Assembly (NCBI RefSeq): GCF_006345805.1
Contig: NC_043011.1
Coordinates: forward strand, 66,724,464-66,788,463
Direction of reading: 5' to 3'
Length of the DNA stretch: 64,000 bases
DNA from: Octopus sinensis
Lineage: Eukaryota
Shown here: in pieces, positions 63,704-64,000 of the stretch
How positions within the stretch are numbered: position 1 is the first letter of the stretch
How the letters are laid out: the number at the start of each line of letters is the position of its first letter
The notes under the pieces: generated by a model
Databases searched by the model: none
What the model saw: only the letters and a program-made list of their open reading frames with translations
Told to the model about the DNA's origin: nothing
Program-made: the position numbers and the translations under genes

Positions 63704-63763
63704 TTATGTATATGTGAGTAATAAATTGACAACTGCAGTTGCGAATACTCATCATCTACCAAC
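63704..63763 (-). CDS. Exon-4 homolog of the next array copy (rest of gene beyond window); early stops
   Basis: Acceptor ttctttcatttacAG; 60 nt aligns with the other exon 4 copies but reads VGR**VFATAVVNLLLTYT*. Confidence 0.55.
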
Positions 63764-64000
63764 CTGTAAATGAAAGAACAGTTTGATTGTTTACAGTTTT
63801 AGATCGATACACATTTAAAGAGTATTAGGTTAGCAATTTTACATGCATCCAATTTTAGCGTGCATCCATTATTCCTATTGAATTGGCCTATGGTTTCTAC
63901 GCTGATATAAACATGAAATATATTAGTAAGAACTACATATAATTTGATATGACATTTCTGAGGATATATAAAGGTAGATTTCGCTAATAGACCGATGTCT

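Overview
AT-rich, microsatellite-dense eukaryotic DNA; the SINE/LINE/microsatellite content resembles an Octopus-type cephalopod genome (inference). Most track ORFs are microsatellite artefacts or decayed transposons: R4/Dong-like, CR1-like and Penelope-like retroelements, Tc1, a Chapaev3-like element, Helentron-like elements and tRNA-derived SINEs. Hidden among them, and invisible to the ORF track because the exons are only 37-97 nt, is a minus-strand tandem array of about 5-6 copies of a four-exon gene. Exon 1 (37 nt) encodes a signal peptide. Exons 2 (97 nt) and 3 (88 nt) encode a six-cysteine domain, C-x7-C-x12/14-C-x8-C-x7-C-x11-C. Exon 4 (60 nt) encodes a GPI-signal-like tail. Splice sites, exon lengths, phases, cysteines and signal peptides are conserved, and neighbouring introns are often near-identical between copies, yet the residues between the cysteines are hypervariable. 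This pattern suggests diversifying selection on a small secreted or GPI-anchored protein family that I cannot assign to a named gene. Two copies appear intact, one is a pseudogene, one lacks exon 4, and there are orphan or cryptic exons. Several Penelope-type hammerhead ribozyme motifs are also present. Gene models come from manual reading and need transcript confirmation; TE boundaries are approximate.
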